A DNA stretch of 64,000 nt from the human T2T-CHM13v2.0 reference genome, Homo sapiens: NCBI RefSeq assembly GCF_009914755.1, contig NC_060933.1. One strand, given 5' to 3'. The translations under genes were made by a program, and so were the position numbers. The notes below the pieces were generated by a model. That model saw only the letters and a program-made list of their open reading frames with translations, was not told the DNA's origin and made no database searches. Positions 12,801 through 25,844 of this stretch are shown here, one piece after another. Position 1 is the first letter of the stretch; every line of letters begins with the position of its first letter.

Positions 12801-14394
12801 ATATTTTAGTGTTTTTTAAAAATATATACTAAGTATGAATTATTTCTTAATGGGTTAAACATAGACTTGGAACTAAAAAACTCTAACTAGGGCCACTCTT
12901 TCTTTATAGAAGTTATTGACATTTTCTCAAGGAGAACAGATGAAATCCTAGGGGGCATGCCTTGCAAATTCATCATTTAATATGAGAACTGCTACTGGTA
13001 GAGCAACAGCTATTTGGCCCTACATTTCAGTGAGGCCCTAAATGGCAACAATTTTAGAATTAATGGCAAATGTAGTCCCTGATTCTTTTTGTTTGTTTTT
13101 GTTAATAGACTCACTTCAGCGTCCATCAAATATTCCATTAAAGGTCGTCTTCTTGGTTTCTTGATGTAGTTGCTGTTGGTGATATTTCTTAATATATTAA
13201 GATGGAACAACTTACCATTCCATTTTGAGTCATATTTTAATTCATTAAGCTAAAATGTTTGAGTAAATACAGGGTTTAGCATAGTATTTTGCACAGAATA
13301 CTTTAAGAAATACAGATGTTTAAAAAGCAATCTTGCTCTTAAGGACCTTCAATGCTAATAGAAAGACCACTCCTATAAGAAGAATATGTGATGTAATCCC
13401 AAGTGCACTAAGGATTTTGATGAGGGAAAAATTATTTCTCCTTGGGTTTATCAGAGAAGATCTTGAAAGAGCTGGCATCTGAGATGTGCTGTGAAGTTAT
13501 GTAGGTTTCTACAGGTGATAATAGAAAAAGAGTGTATCGAAATGGGTATGTGTGTGATGCCACAAAGAAATTTTAGTAGAATTTAAGGTACTGAATAGTT
13601 TGATGAGAAGGTGGTTTAGCATGAGCAAGAAAAATGAAATATTACCGGAACAATTTTGAAAGGCTGTAAATTACTGGCTAAAGAGTTGGATATTTCTCAG
13701 AAAATGTAGGGAACCGTGAACATTATTTTTTGAACAGGTGATGCATTTACATGATACAGAATTGGAAAATTCCACATTCTATCCTTTTCTATTGTCTGCC
13801 CAGTTCTTACCTCTTAACAACAGCTTCTTGGTGTCTTAAGTATTTTATGTATATATAAGAAATAACAAAATACATTATTGATTTCCTTTATTTGGACAGC
13901 ATAACACGTATCCTTTTGGCACATTGCTTTATTCGTTAGCAATTTATCTTGAAAAACTTTCCACGTTAATACATATAGAAAATTTTCAGTATTTTTACTA
14001 TTGCAGAACATCAAAGGGATGTGTCATCATTAAGTCGTACTATATTAAAAACTTTGTTGTTTTCAGAATCTTGTTCTTATATATTTTTCTGCAATAAATA
14101 TAGTCATATATGTCGTTTTATATGTAAGTAGTTATTTAGGATAATCTGCCTAGAGTATAATTGATTGGACATGCACACATGCATTTTTTATTTGATAAAT
14201 ATGTACTAATTTATACTCCAATCATGTGGATGCATGAATGGTAGTACCTACTTCTCTATATGTTTGCTGAAGTTTGTGTTATTAAATATGCTATTCTAAT
14301 AAGTGAAAGAATATTGATAGAGTTTTATTTGTAGTTTTATTATGGTTGAACTTGAATACACTTTTGTATACTTAAAAGTCATTTGCATTTACTT

Positions 14395-14745
14395 AATTTT
14401 TTATTTTTATTTTATTTATTTATTTTTTTGAGATGGAGTCTCACTCTGTTGCCCAGGCTGGAGTGCAGTGGCACAATCTTGGCTCACTTCAAGCTCCACC
14501 TTCTGGGTTCACGCCATTCTGGGCTCACTGCAAGCTCCACCTCCCGGGTTCATGCCATTCTCCTGCCTCAGCCTCCCGAGTAGCTGGGACTACAGGCACC
14601 CGCCACAAAACCCGGTTAATTTTTTTTTAGTAGAGACGGGGTTTCACCGCTTTAGCCAGGATGGTCTCGATCTCCTGACCTCGTGATCCAACCGCCTCAG
14701 CCTCCCAAAGTGCTGGGATTACAGGTGTGAGCCACCGCGACGGCC
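14395..14745 (-). mobile_element. AluY with internal 41-bp tandem duplication
   Basis: AluY diagnostics (gcaagctcc, cacgccattc); TSD tgcatttactt at 14384-14394 and 14746-14756. Confidence 0.95.
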
Positions 14746-14917
14746 TGCATTTACTTTCTATCAATTGTTTATATACTTGCCTATATTTCTTTTGAGTTTG
14801 AGTCTTTTGCTCATAAATTTCTAGAAACACATCATATAGTAAAGAAATTATACTATATGAAGAGTAAATATTATTCTTTAATTGATTACTTGTAGTTTCA
14901 ATTTGTTTACAATATTT

Positions 14918-14950
14918 CACTTGATCTTAGCCAAAAGACTGAGAAGTGAA
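14918..14950 (-). pseudogene. U2 snRNA 5' fragment (nt 1-33), tailless retropseudogene
   Basis: Reverse complement ttcacttctcagtcttttggctaagatcaagtg versus U2 atcgcttctcggccttttggctaagatcaagtg (29/33); TSD tgtttacaatattt at 14904-14917 and 14951-14964. Confidence 0.93.
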
Positions 14951-15381
14951 TGTTTACAATATTTTTTCATGAAGTTATTGTTACTGTATTCACATATACC
15001 CATTTTTTAATCTTTTAGCTTCTAGACTTTTAGTTATAATTACTTATACCTTAACCACTTAAAGGTTATAAAGGAAATGTCCTATGTTTACTTCTAGAGC
15101 CTTTGTGGTTTTATTTTCTACATTTAATGCTTTAATCTCTTTAAAAATAATCTTACACGCAGTAGGGGCATATGAATCTACCCATGTTATTTTTCCACAA
15201 AGTGGTAACTCATATTTCTTTACTGGTTTGAGCATTAATATGCACTTTTTGGGATATTCTATTCTTTTTTATTCACCAATCTAGACTCTATTAAAATTCT
15301 CACAGTCCTGCTTTAAAAAAAAAAACTTATTTTTTCTTTTATGCTGTCCTCTATCAGTCACATTTATTTACATCTTTGGCC

Positions 15382-15613
15382 CTTCCGGTTTTAATTTGAA
15401 AACAGCCTGTACTTTCTCATCCCTAGTAGGCAGAAAAGAATAGCTGTTCACCATTTCAAGCCTCTTTGTTTGAAAAATGCATTCAGTGCCAGTGAGATTT
15501 ACATACATTTTTAGTAATAAAAAAGTAAAAGTTTTTTCCTTAACGGCACAAATCAACCTGAGTTACTGTAAACTACTTTATGAAATACTTTTATAAAGTA
15601 TTAGTACTTGCTT
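15382..15613 (+). repeat. Copy 1 of a local non-tandem direct duplication
   Basis: Near-identical to 18405-18640 (5 substitutions, one 4-bp indel). Confidence 0.97.
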
Positions 15614-15619
15614 ACAGCT

Positions 15620-16260
15620 TATACCCTGCAAATAAAGCCCACCTAAACAATGAAGAGATTGTATATTATATATTTGAAGTAGATAGGTAGAAAAGTTTTC
15701 AGCTCTGCTTGATTTATGGTTCAGAGATCTCAGCAAGGAAGCACATTCTTTCTGCCTCTCCACCCTGCAGTTCACCTATTAGCTTCATCCTACTTCTGCT
15801 TCCCCTTGTAGTATGCAATGGCTGGTAAGAGCAATGAGCAGTACAGGATTTCTCATTCAAATCCAGTGAATACAAGGGAAAGAGTTTTCCCCTTTTATGA
15901 ATAGAAGTCTTTCCTTCTTTATATTATAATAGAAACTATTTGCACTGTCTGCTTATTCCCAGATAACAATTTACAAACACAGGTACTGACTGATGTATGT
16001 CTGATTTTTTGAAACAACCAGGAGCAATGGGAAAATAATTACCCACATTGTCTAAGAGTAACTGAGGCCCAACTCTGGAACTGGGGAGTTCTGTTTATTT
16101 TACTCAGATATCCCTTCTATGGATAAAGCTGATCTTTCCCTAAACACAGGGACGATTTACAGATAGAATGGATATCTGAATAAAATATGGATTCTGTTAA
16201 AAAAAAGAAAGATAAGGAAAATGTAAGAGGGTTAGGCAGCCAACTGTGTGCACTAGAAAT
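15620..16260 (-). mobile_element. Old MLT1-type (MaLR) LTR relic
   Basis: Weak resemblance to older MLT1 LTRs; boundaries uncertain. Confidence 0.35.
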
Positions 16261-17059
16261 TGTTTTCTTGAGAATTCCATCAGGGGCATTCTCTGCATTC
16301 TCTACTTTATATTTGTGGTTAATCCACTATTCTGTCTCTCAAAGAATGTATCTATGTGTGAACTGGTTTTGTTACTCTAATTTCTGTGTGTCCAGAATGG
16401 CAGCTAATTACTTGGTAACTTTCTCTAACCTAAGATTTTGAATAGCTCATAAGACATATTTCTTTTAATTGTGGAAATGAGAAGCTAATGACTTGATTAT
16501 GATGTAAAAGTGAGTTACCGTGTTCACCCGCATTTTATGTTATAGTCTATATTATGACACATATATCTTAAGATATATTTGCTCAATCCAAAGCTATGAA
16601 TAAAACGGTAAATACTTTTACTACAGGAGAAATACTTAAAGTAATATATTTTTTTTGGACGAAAAGTTACTTCATTAGCTCCAAAGTGAATTTTATATTT
16701 TTAGTACACTTAAATTCAGGTTTGCATATAAATTGAGTCTGTGATATCATCTCAGAATTCACTAGGAGTAAGAGTTCTTCTTTAACACAGCCTTTGTGAA
16801 GCTTTGTCTCTTACTCTTCCTCATTACTTCCCACTTGTTCTTTTGAAGCTGCTCTATTCTACAGACTTTTGAGGCATTTAGGGGCTGAATGATTGAATTC
16901 ATTTGCTCTCGTGAGATAAAATTCAAGAGTTTTTTGTTTTTTTTTTGTTTTTGGAAAACATAAATCCTTCTTCGTTGAGAAAAAAAGGATGGGAAGCAGA
17001 TCTGCTATCTAGGCTCTTCCTTTATATAGAGGACAAGGAAATAAAAGTCATATCCCTGT

Positions 17060-17443
17060 TGTTATGAAATAAATCAAGTTCCCCTATAACCTATATGTTG
17101 AGTCTCTAACCCGCAAAGTGACTGCATTTGGAGATACGGCCTTTAAAGAGGTAATTAAGGTTAATTAAGGTCATATGAATGGGACCCTAGTCCAATAGGA
17201 CTGGTGTCCTTTTAAGAAGAGGAAAAGACACCAGTGAAGTGCTTGCATCAAGAAAAGGCAATGTGAGAACACAGTAAGGAGGCGGCCATGTGCAAGCAAA
17301 GGAGAGAGGCCGCAGGAGGAACCAAACCTGTTGACACCTTGATCTTAGACTTCTAGCCTCCAGAACTGTGAGAAAATAAATTCCCACTCTTAAGCCACCT
17401 GGTTGATGATACTTTGTTATAATAGCCCTAGCAGACTAATACA
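17060..17443 (+). mobile_element. MLT1A/MLT1A0 solo LTR
   Basis: tg...ca termini; tttggagatacggcctttaaagaggtaattaagg; cttctagcctccagaactgtgagaaaataaa; gcagactaataca. Confidence 0.88.
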
Positions 17444-18404
17444 TTTGTAAACATGCTAAAAGCAGACTTTTTGCAAACAAGCTAGTTACGTTAGCTAGTG
17501 GGAGGGTTTTTATCTGCAAGGTGTTTTTAGCAGCATGTACTTGGTTGTTTAGCATCTCCTGTGTTAAAAAAAAAAAAAAAAGCAACCCTAGAATCTATGG
17601 ATATATGGGGCATCGCTTCCTGGAAAATATTATGCATCCTTTGTGCCTATTTGATTATAAAATGGAAGTGTTTATTACTGATACTTTTTATCTTTTGTGT
17701 AAGTAATGTGCCAGAACTTATTTATCGTAGTAGGAAGAGATCCAGTGAATACTCAACCTCTCACCTTAGTTCTCCCTGAGCCTCTAGACACTAGACTTTT
17801 ATATCCTAAAAATGATTAAACATTTCTATTTCATATGAGTCTAATTTGACAGTTGAATTATTTGTACCATCTCACCGATGATAAAATTAGCAGTTATATT
17901 GTGTAGAATATACAGATAGGTAGGTTATAATTTTTCTATGTTAAGTTTATATAGAGAAGAACAAATGCCACTGGTAACTGGTGATGAAGCATAGAACAAT
18001 GACTTTTCTACATATCTAATTCAATAAAAGAGTTTACATGTGGAAATTCAACAAAGTAACTATACTCTGGCAATGCACATCAACTTAACTGGTGGGAATA
18101 TTTCCTGAGGTGGAAATACTTCAGTTTTATGGTATAATCTACCAAGGATGAGTATAGTATAATCCACCAACTAAGATAAATTGTCTCCAGTTTTATTAAT
18201 CAAATGAATATTATATTGGAAGTGAGCATTTAATATTTATATAGTTGTCTACTTCAAGAGTTTCTGATTATATACATCAGAAAAATAAAATTTTTGATAA
18301 TAAAATATATTCAAAGGACCCTCCCAAACATCCCACAGTAACACAGCACATGATCTAACAACCCTAATAGTCACAACAGTCCACATAATGTCTCATTGTA
18401 TATG

Positions 18405-18640
18405 CTTCCGGTTTTAATTTGAAAACAGCCTGTACTTTCTCATCCCTAGTAGGCAGAAAAGAATAGCTTTTCACCATTTCAAGCCTCTTTATTTGTTTGA
18501 AAAATGCATTCAGTGCCAGTGAGATTTACATACATTTTTAGTAATAAAAAAGTAAAAGTTTTTTCCTTAACAGCACAAATCAACATCAGTTACTGTAAAC
18601 TACTTTATGAAATACTTTAATAAAGTATTAGTACTTGCTT
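18405..18640 (+). repeat. Copy 2 of the local non-tandem direct duplication
   Basis: Near-identical to 15382-15613. Confidence 0.97.
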
Positions 18641-18807
18641 TTAAAAGTTATGCTGTTCAAAGAGATTTTGAAAATACCTTAATGAAACACACAAAGTGAT
18701 TACCTGTAGGTTAAAAGAACCATCCTAGATGGAAGAAACAATGTAATGTATGTATTTGTTGTTAAGGATTTCTATCTTGCCCATATCTCTATCTTAACCA
18801 CCCTAGC

Positions 18808-21213
18808 TGTATTAGTCTGTTTTCACGCTGCTGATAAAAATATACCCAAGAGTAGGCAATTTACAAAGGAAGCAGGTTTAATGGACTTACAGTTCCAGGT
18901 GGCTGGGGATGCCTCACAATTGTGTTGGAAGTTTAAAGGCAAATCTCACATGGCAGCAAATAAGAGAAGAGAGCTTGTTCAGGGAAAGTCTCCTTTATAA
19001 AACCATCAGGTCTCATGAGACTTATTCACTGTCACCAGAGCAGCATGGGAAAGACCTGCCCCCATGATTCAGTACCTCTCACTGGGTCCCTCAAACAACA
19101 CATGGCAATTCAAGATGAGATTTGGGTGGGGACACAGCCAAACCTTATCATTTCACCCTGGCCCCTCCCACATCTTATGTCCACACACTTCAAAACCAAT
19201 CACGCCTTTTAAACAGTCCTCCAAAGTGTTAACTCATTTCAGCATTAACTCAAAAGTTCACAGTCCAAAGTTTTATCAGAGACAAGGCAAGTCCCTTCCA
19301 CCTATGAGTCAGTAAAATAAGAAGAAAATTAGTTACTTCCTACATACAATGGGGGTACGGGCATTGGGTAAGTACAGCTGTTGCAAATGGAAAAAACAAT
19401 GGCTAAAACAAAGGCCCCATGAAATTCTGAAATCCAGCAGGGCAGTCAAATATTAAAGGTCCAAAATGATCTCTTTTGACCCCATGTCTCATATTTGGGT
19501 CACACTGATCCAAGAGGAGGTTCCCATGGTCTTGAACAGCTCTGCACCTCTGTCTTTGCAGGACACAGCCTCCCTCCCAGCCGCTTTCATGGGCTGGCAT
19601 TGAGTGTCTGCAGCTTTTTCAGGTGCACAGTGCAAGCTGTCGGTACAGCTACCATTCTGGGGTCTGAAGGACGATGGCATTCTTTTTACATCTCCACTAG
19701 GCAGTGCCCCAGTGGGGACTCTGTGTGGGGGTGCCCACCCCACATTTCCATTTCACAATATCCTAGCAGGGGTTCTCCATGAGCACCCTGCCCCTGCAGC
19801 AAACTTCTGCTTGAACATCCAGGTGCTTCCATACGTTCTCTGAAATCTAGGCAGAGGTTGCCAAATCAATTCGTGACTTCTGTGTACCCTCAGGCTCAAC
19901 ATGTAAAACCTGCCAAGGCTTGGGGCTAGCACCCTTGGAAGCCACGGCCTGAGCTGTACCTTGGCCCCTTTTAGTCATGGCTAGAGCAGCTGGGATGCAG
20001 GGCACCAGGTCCCTAGACTGCACATAGAGGGAACCTGAGCCTGCCTCATGAAACCATTTTTTCCTCTAAAACCTCCCAGCCTGTGAGGAGAAGGACTGCC
20101 ACAAAGGTCTCTGACATGCCCTGTAGACATTTTTCCCATTGTCTTGGTGACTAACTTTCAGCTCCTTGCTACTTATGCAAATTTCTGCAGCCAGCTTGAA
20201 TTTCTCCTCAGAAAATGGGATTTTCTTTTCTATCACATTGTCAGGCTGCAAATTTTCTAGACTTTTATGATCTGTTTTCCTTTTAAAACTGAATGCTTTT
20301 AACACCACACAAGTCACATCTTTTTTTTTTTGGGAGTCTCACTCTGTCACCCAGGCTGGAGTGCAGTGGGGTATGATCTCAGCTCACTGCAACCTCCCCC
20401 TCCTGGGTTCAAGCAATTCTCCTGTCTCGGCCTCCCGAGTAGCTGAGACTACAGGCACACACTACCATGTCCGGCTAAAAAGTCACCTCTTGAATGCTTT
20501 TCTGCTTAGACATTTCTTTTGCCATATACCGTAAATCATCTCTCTCAAGTTCAAAGTTCCACAAATCTCTAGGGCAGGGGCAAAATGCCACAAGTCTCTT
20601 TGCTAAAACATAACAAGAGTCACCTTTGTTCCAGTTTCCAACAAGTTCCTCATGTCCATCTGAGACCACCTCAGACTGGATTGCATTGTCCATATCACTA
20701 TCAGCATTTTGGTCAAGCCATAGAACAAGTCTCTAGGGAGTTCCAGACTTTCCCACATTTTTCTGTTGTTTTCTGAGCCCTCCAGACTGTTCCAACCTCT
20801 GCCTGTTATCCAGTTCCAAAGTTGCTTCCACATTTTCAGTTATCTTTAAAGCAGAGTCCCACCCCACTCCTGGTACCAATTTACTGTATTAGTCTGTTTT
20901 TATACTGCTGATAAAGACATACCCAAGACTGGGCAATTTACAAAAGAAAGAGGTTTAATGATCTTACAGTTCCATGTGGCTGGGGAGGCCTCACTATCAT
21001 TGCAGAAGGTGAGAGGCATGTCTCATATGGCAGCAGGCAAGAGAAGAGAGCTTGTGCAGGGAAACTTCCCTTTATAAAATTATCAGATCACATGAAACTT
21101 ACTATCATGAGAACAGCATGGGAAAGACCTGCTCCCATGATTTAATTACCTCCCACCAGGTCCCTCTGACAACACATGGGAATTCATGGTGAGATTTGGG
21201 TGGGGACACATCA
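18808..21213 (-). mobile_element. THE1 (THE1A/B-like) MaLR provirus: LTR 18808-19150, internal 19151-20884, LTR 20885-21213
   Basis: Two homologous LTRs beginning tgtattagtctgtttt; THE1-int sequence and peptides (DLWNFELERDDL); 5-bp TSD ctagc/ctaga at 18803-18807 and 21214-21218. Confidence 0.95.
20323..20479 (-). mobile_element. 5'-truncated AluS (right arm only) inserted in THE1-int
   Basis: Right monomer plus poly(T); TSD aagtcac(a/c)tctt at 20311-20322 and 20480-20491. Confidence 0.92.
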
Positions 21214-24200
21214 CTAGATAACAGCAAAGCTGTACAATTCTTAAACATTGTCATGGAAAAGTAATTCCACAACTCTACTTTGAACTATATGTGATGTTGT
21301 TTACATTCATCATACCCTCTTTATGCTAAACTAAAATATTTAGCTGTAATTTATGATAACTATTTATAGTTCCTCTTTCTTTCCCTCTCTGAACTTCCTG
21401 CAATACCCTGCAAAGTTGGTATATTATCTACCTTTTCCTTTACTTTTACTATTTTTGTGAACAAAAATGTCAGAAGATGAAGTATTTTAAGTCAATTTTT
21501 TTTTAAATGGTGAAAAATTTTAAACACTGTGAGGGGCCAATAAAAGAGATTATTTTCATTGTGAGGGACATTTCAGCATGAGTCAAATCACATGACAGTC
21601 AATTTTGTTCTTTGATTAATGTACAGGTACAATGAATTTCAGTTATGGGAGAACTTCTCTTTCTCCTTTGACTTATTCTCTCAATTTTTGCACTCTCATT
21701 TTTGTTTTTTTGTTGTTTTTTTTTTTTTGTAAAGAGTTTCTAGTAAGGACTATGTGTTAATCAGTTTTAAGAACACAGATTTTATCAAAGAAAATTATCT
21801 CTTTAAAATATTTGCACTAATGGAAAAATATGTGAACCACCCAGTCTTATTTTATTGGACCCCAAGTTAGTTTGTGTTTGTGTGTATGTGTGGGTATTTA
21901 TCTGATATCAACCATTATCTTTTAACATCAGCATGAAACAACATGCTGGTCTGAAACATAAAAATATATATCACTCTTACCAAAGCCAGTCTGTATTTTA
22001 ATTGCTTTTTCCTGAAAGTGGAATCATGTAAAACTTAAAAACAGATTGAAATGAAAGGGAAAAATTTGATTCTGTAATTAACTTACCATGTGACCTTCAC
22101 CACACTGATGGTCCTTACAGATCTAAATTTCTATATCTGTAAAATAAAGAAGGTTGATTTTACATGATTTCAAAAAATATATCATTTTTTTTGACAGTCA
22201 TAGAAGTTTTATATAATTCTCTATTCTAGTCTACTGCAAAGGAATAGCAGCAGGTGAAAACTATAATGTTTGACCCTGAAGATTATTATGTGATATGTGT
22301 AAGGGTCTTAATGTGTACAATTCCATTTTTAGGGGCTCAAGAGATAAAATTTCTTTTCCAAAATGGATAAATACAAAATCATTTTTGCAATAAAAATGTA
22401 TTGTGAGGGAATCTTTTGAATCAATGTGATTACTTATTGTGGAAGATACAGGCCATATCGCATAGCGTCTTGCCTCAAGGATCTTATCACTTAGTGAGTG
22501 AAATAAAACAATTACACAGATAACTGCCAGTAGGCAGCACTAAATGTCTTAAGTGATGGATAGACAGAGAGGTAAGAAGGGTCCAATCAAATGCTGAAAT
22601 GTTAATAAAACCCAGATCACAGGCGGTGATGATCAAATGAATTGAACAGGCTTAGGAGAAATCCGTGAAAGAAAGAAATCTGTATCCCTGGGATCTTTCC
22701 ATTTTTGAGAATATATTACATTTGAATCTCTTAGGGATGTGTGATTCCCCTTCCCTTTAAAATAGTTACAGTATAACTTTCATTAAAATCTTTGATTTTG
22801 TCAGTCATAGCAGACAATAGCATTTTATATCCTGTGAAGAATTGTATGCATAATTTTGGAAACAAGACAAAGGAAAGAGGCTCTCTAAGCTGTTAGAAAC
22901 AAAGGATTTTTAAAATCTTTCTTCTCTCATACCTCCATTAAGGTTGTCTTTTCTCCTTTAAAGCTATAAGAAATATTCTGAATACTAATGTGACAGAACC
23001 AGATGCAATCCCCAAATATCATATTTACTTAATATAAATTCATAGTCCTTACCTTTAAGGAGATTTGACAATTCACTTTGTCTTTTAGCCTTGGGGTAGT
23101 CAGGAAAGTTAGGCACAATGTTTTAATGCTCATTCCTTCTCTTTTGCTCTTAGCTATCATTAATCCCTAATGCCTGGAACTGCATAAATTTCTTCTACAA
23201 AGGAAGCCCACAGGTCGTTTTTATTTGGAGCACTTTTTTTAATAGGCGCCACAATATATTCCGGTATGTATTACCTCGTCTGAATGCAAAACTGTTTTAT
23301 ATGCAGATTTAAGGTAATGAGCAGTCAAGTTTAAAAAATGGTTCTGGTATCCTGTAGCTTCTCAATAATAATATACTCTTACATTCCAACAGAGAAGGAT
23401 GGATTATGGGTTTTTCAATTTGCATCAGGCATATTAATTGCAGAGTAGGGCTTCCACATAAAATGTCAATGTACTGGAACAAACTGTTAATGTACCAGAA
23501 TATGAACACTTACATTCATTTCTGGAGCTTTAAAAGGAATCATCCCCCTCCCCCGCTTTTTAATATCTATACCTCTGGAGATGGTACAGTTTTTTAGTCA
23601 GTTAATGAGAACTATGTAACCACCATTTCTCCAAAAATCCCTAATTAGATTAAGTGCAATAGGGCTATTTTAGTCATTTCTGCTGGGGAAGAATACAACA
23701 AGCCATTAGGGAAAGAGAATAATTTAGAAGGTTTGAAAGAAACTTATTTTAGAGTTACTTTTAAGAAACATGACATAAAGAAGATCAACTTTATGTCCTA
23801 GTTGGAGGCAGGGAGGCATACTCAACTTTTATTTGCATTATATTTCTCAACTATGAAGAGAATACCTAAACTAGTAAAAGTTTAATTGAAAGTTTTATAA
23901 GTAATTTTCAGCTGACGTTTAGCACTGTAGGTTTGATTGTAGAGAACTGGTACTTTATTTCATGGGAGTACTTGAATTATATATTCTCTTGTAAGCATAA
24001 AATTGTGAATGTCCATATTTTAAAAAAGCATTATAATAATAAAAACTCTTGTGTTTTAATTTGTCTAATACATTGGTAACTAATATAAATTATAGATACT
24101 CTGGTTAGACTAGAATATAGATGAAAATATTTTTAAATATGTTCTCTTTTTTCTTTAATGTGAATATTTCTTATTTTTCAAAAAATAAAGCAAGGGGAAG

Positions 24201-25830
24201 AAATAAAGTTGAGATTTAAACACGGCTACATTTTTTTCCCTGAGGCTTGTACTTAATATGCAAATGCTAAGTATTTGGTAAATATTCATTAAGTAAATAT
24301 CAGACCTTTCACATTTATATTTCACTTTTCATTTTTGATACATGATAAAATTTGTGATTTTATTATTTTCTAACAAAAATAGAATGGGGGCCCACTTTTC
24401 AAATCCATTCTGCAAAAGACAATGTTTGAGTTTTTATACCACAGCTGTCCTAAGTAACGAATTATCTCACCAGAGAAGAGAAGAAATGCTAACCACATAA
24501 TCCAACAGGAGACTTGATTCATTTTGTGTCTGGAACAGTCAGTGCAATGTTACAAACTGAAATGAGTTTCCTTTTCAATCTTCAGGTGAAAAAAGTAGTG
24601 AGAATGTCCCGCTTTAAAAAAAAGAAAATCAATGTGACCTTTTTTTTTTTTTCATCTTCCTTGAGAAATAATGTGTGTTTGTGTGGGGGTGTGTGTTTTA
24701 TTTTGCAGTGTTAGTTTTGACCTCATTATGCTCATTATGCTGTTGTAAGGCTAAGTATGTCATGGGTCAAAATGAAGGCAAAATAGACCTTTCTCAGCAT
24801 TAAAGCACAACCTAATTTATGGTAAAAGTAATTTCCATACTGTTTTAAAGAAATAGCCCTGGACAACATGAATCTTCCTTTGCTGTAGCATGCTGGCTGA
24901 AAAACGGGTTAGATATGCATTCCATGAAAAGAACAGGGAAAATCACTAGAACTGTAAACTCTGCATTTGCTGGGTGCTAACATTTTGAGAAATGCTGAAA
25001 GTGTGTTATTTTGGTTTTGTATTACATTTAGTAGGTGTATTTTAAACTCAAAGAATTTGATTTCCAGTAAGAAGCCCAAATCAAGTGTTGCAATTGTTTT
25101 ATTTAAGGTCAATTCTTTCAACTAAACACCTTTTATTTCCAGATGTGTTTTCCCTCTTGTTTGAAATGCCGCATGACACAAAATGCTGCCTGTTTTGTGT
25201 GCTTTTTTCTACTGCATGCATAGATAGAAAATAGGTTCAAGTGCCTCATTTGAAAATCTTTTACTTAATTCCACCAATTGAAACGATGACATCATGTTTT
25301 CAGAGTTTACCTTTCTTGGTAAACATCACCAACAAAAGGTTAATGTTTATGAAGGACATCTTAAATCTTAATTTGATGCATACAATAATTTAAATTTTTA
25401 TAAACTTTTACTAAATTAAATAAAAGCTGCTTTGAGGTTGTAAGTGATAATGCTAGAGGTAATGATTAAAGGCACCTGCCCCTCCTCCTGATGCATCTAC
25501 CTTCTGTATCCTCTGATAAAAATCAAATGAAAATTAATCTCAGGTTCAAAGTGATGTTAACTGTATTCAGGAGTCTTAGGATGTCCTTTACTTCCTTTGA
25601 AGCATTACCTGATGACCTAACTACAATTTCAGCATAGCTGTTGATTTTTGATTGTAGGTTTTATTTTGTTTTTTTATTTTTACATTCTTGTGGGGAGGGG
25701 GATTTAATCTCTTAAACTTTGTTGGCAAATTACATTGATGAATGTGTTCTGACAGGAAGCTTTACTGAAATGAAAAGGAGTTGTGTGTAAGGGTGGGAAT
25801 AACTATTCTATGAGCTTTTTCATGGTTCTC

Positions 25831-25844
25831 GTTGCCAGGGAAAC
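25831..25844. promoter_or_regulatory. RFX X-box-like palindrome
   Basis: gttgccagggaaac versus consensus GTTGCCATGGCAAC, in non-repeat sequence. Confidence 0.35.

Noticed and set aside
15382-18640. Direct repeats as LTRs of a novel ~3.3-kb retroelement
   Set aside because: No TG...CA termini, TSD, primer-binding site or polypurine tract; the intervening DNA is ordinary old sequence with MLT relics much older than the ~3% repeat divergence.
18746-20833. Dense cluster of overlapping ORFs
   Set aside because: All are reading frames of THE1 LTR or internal sequence, with no long intact frame.
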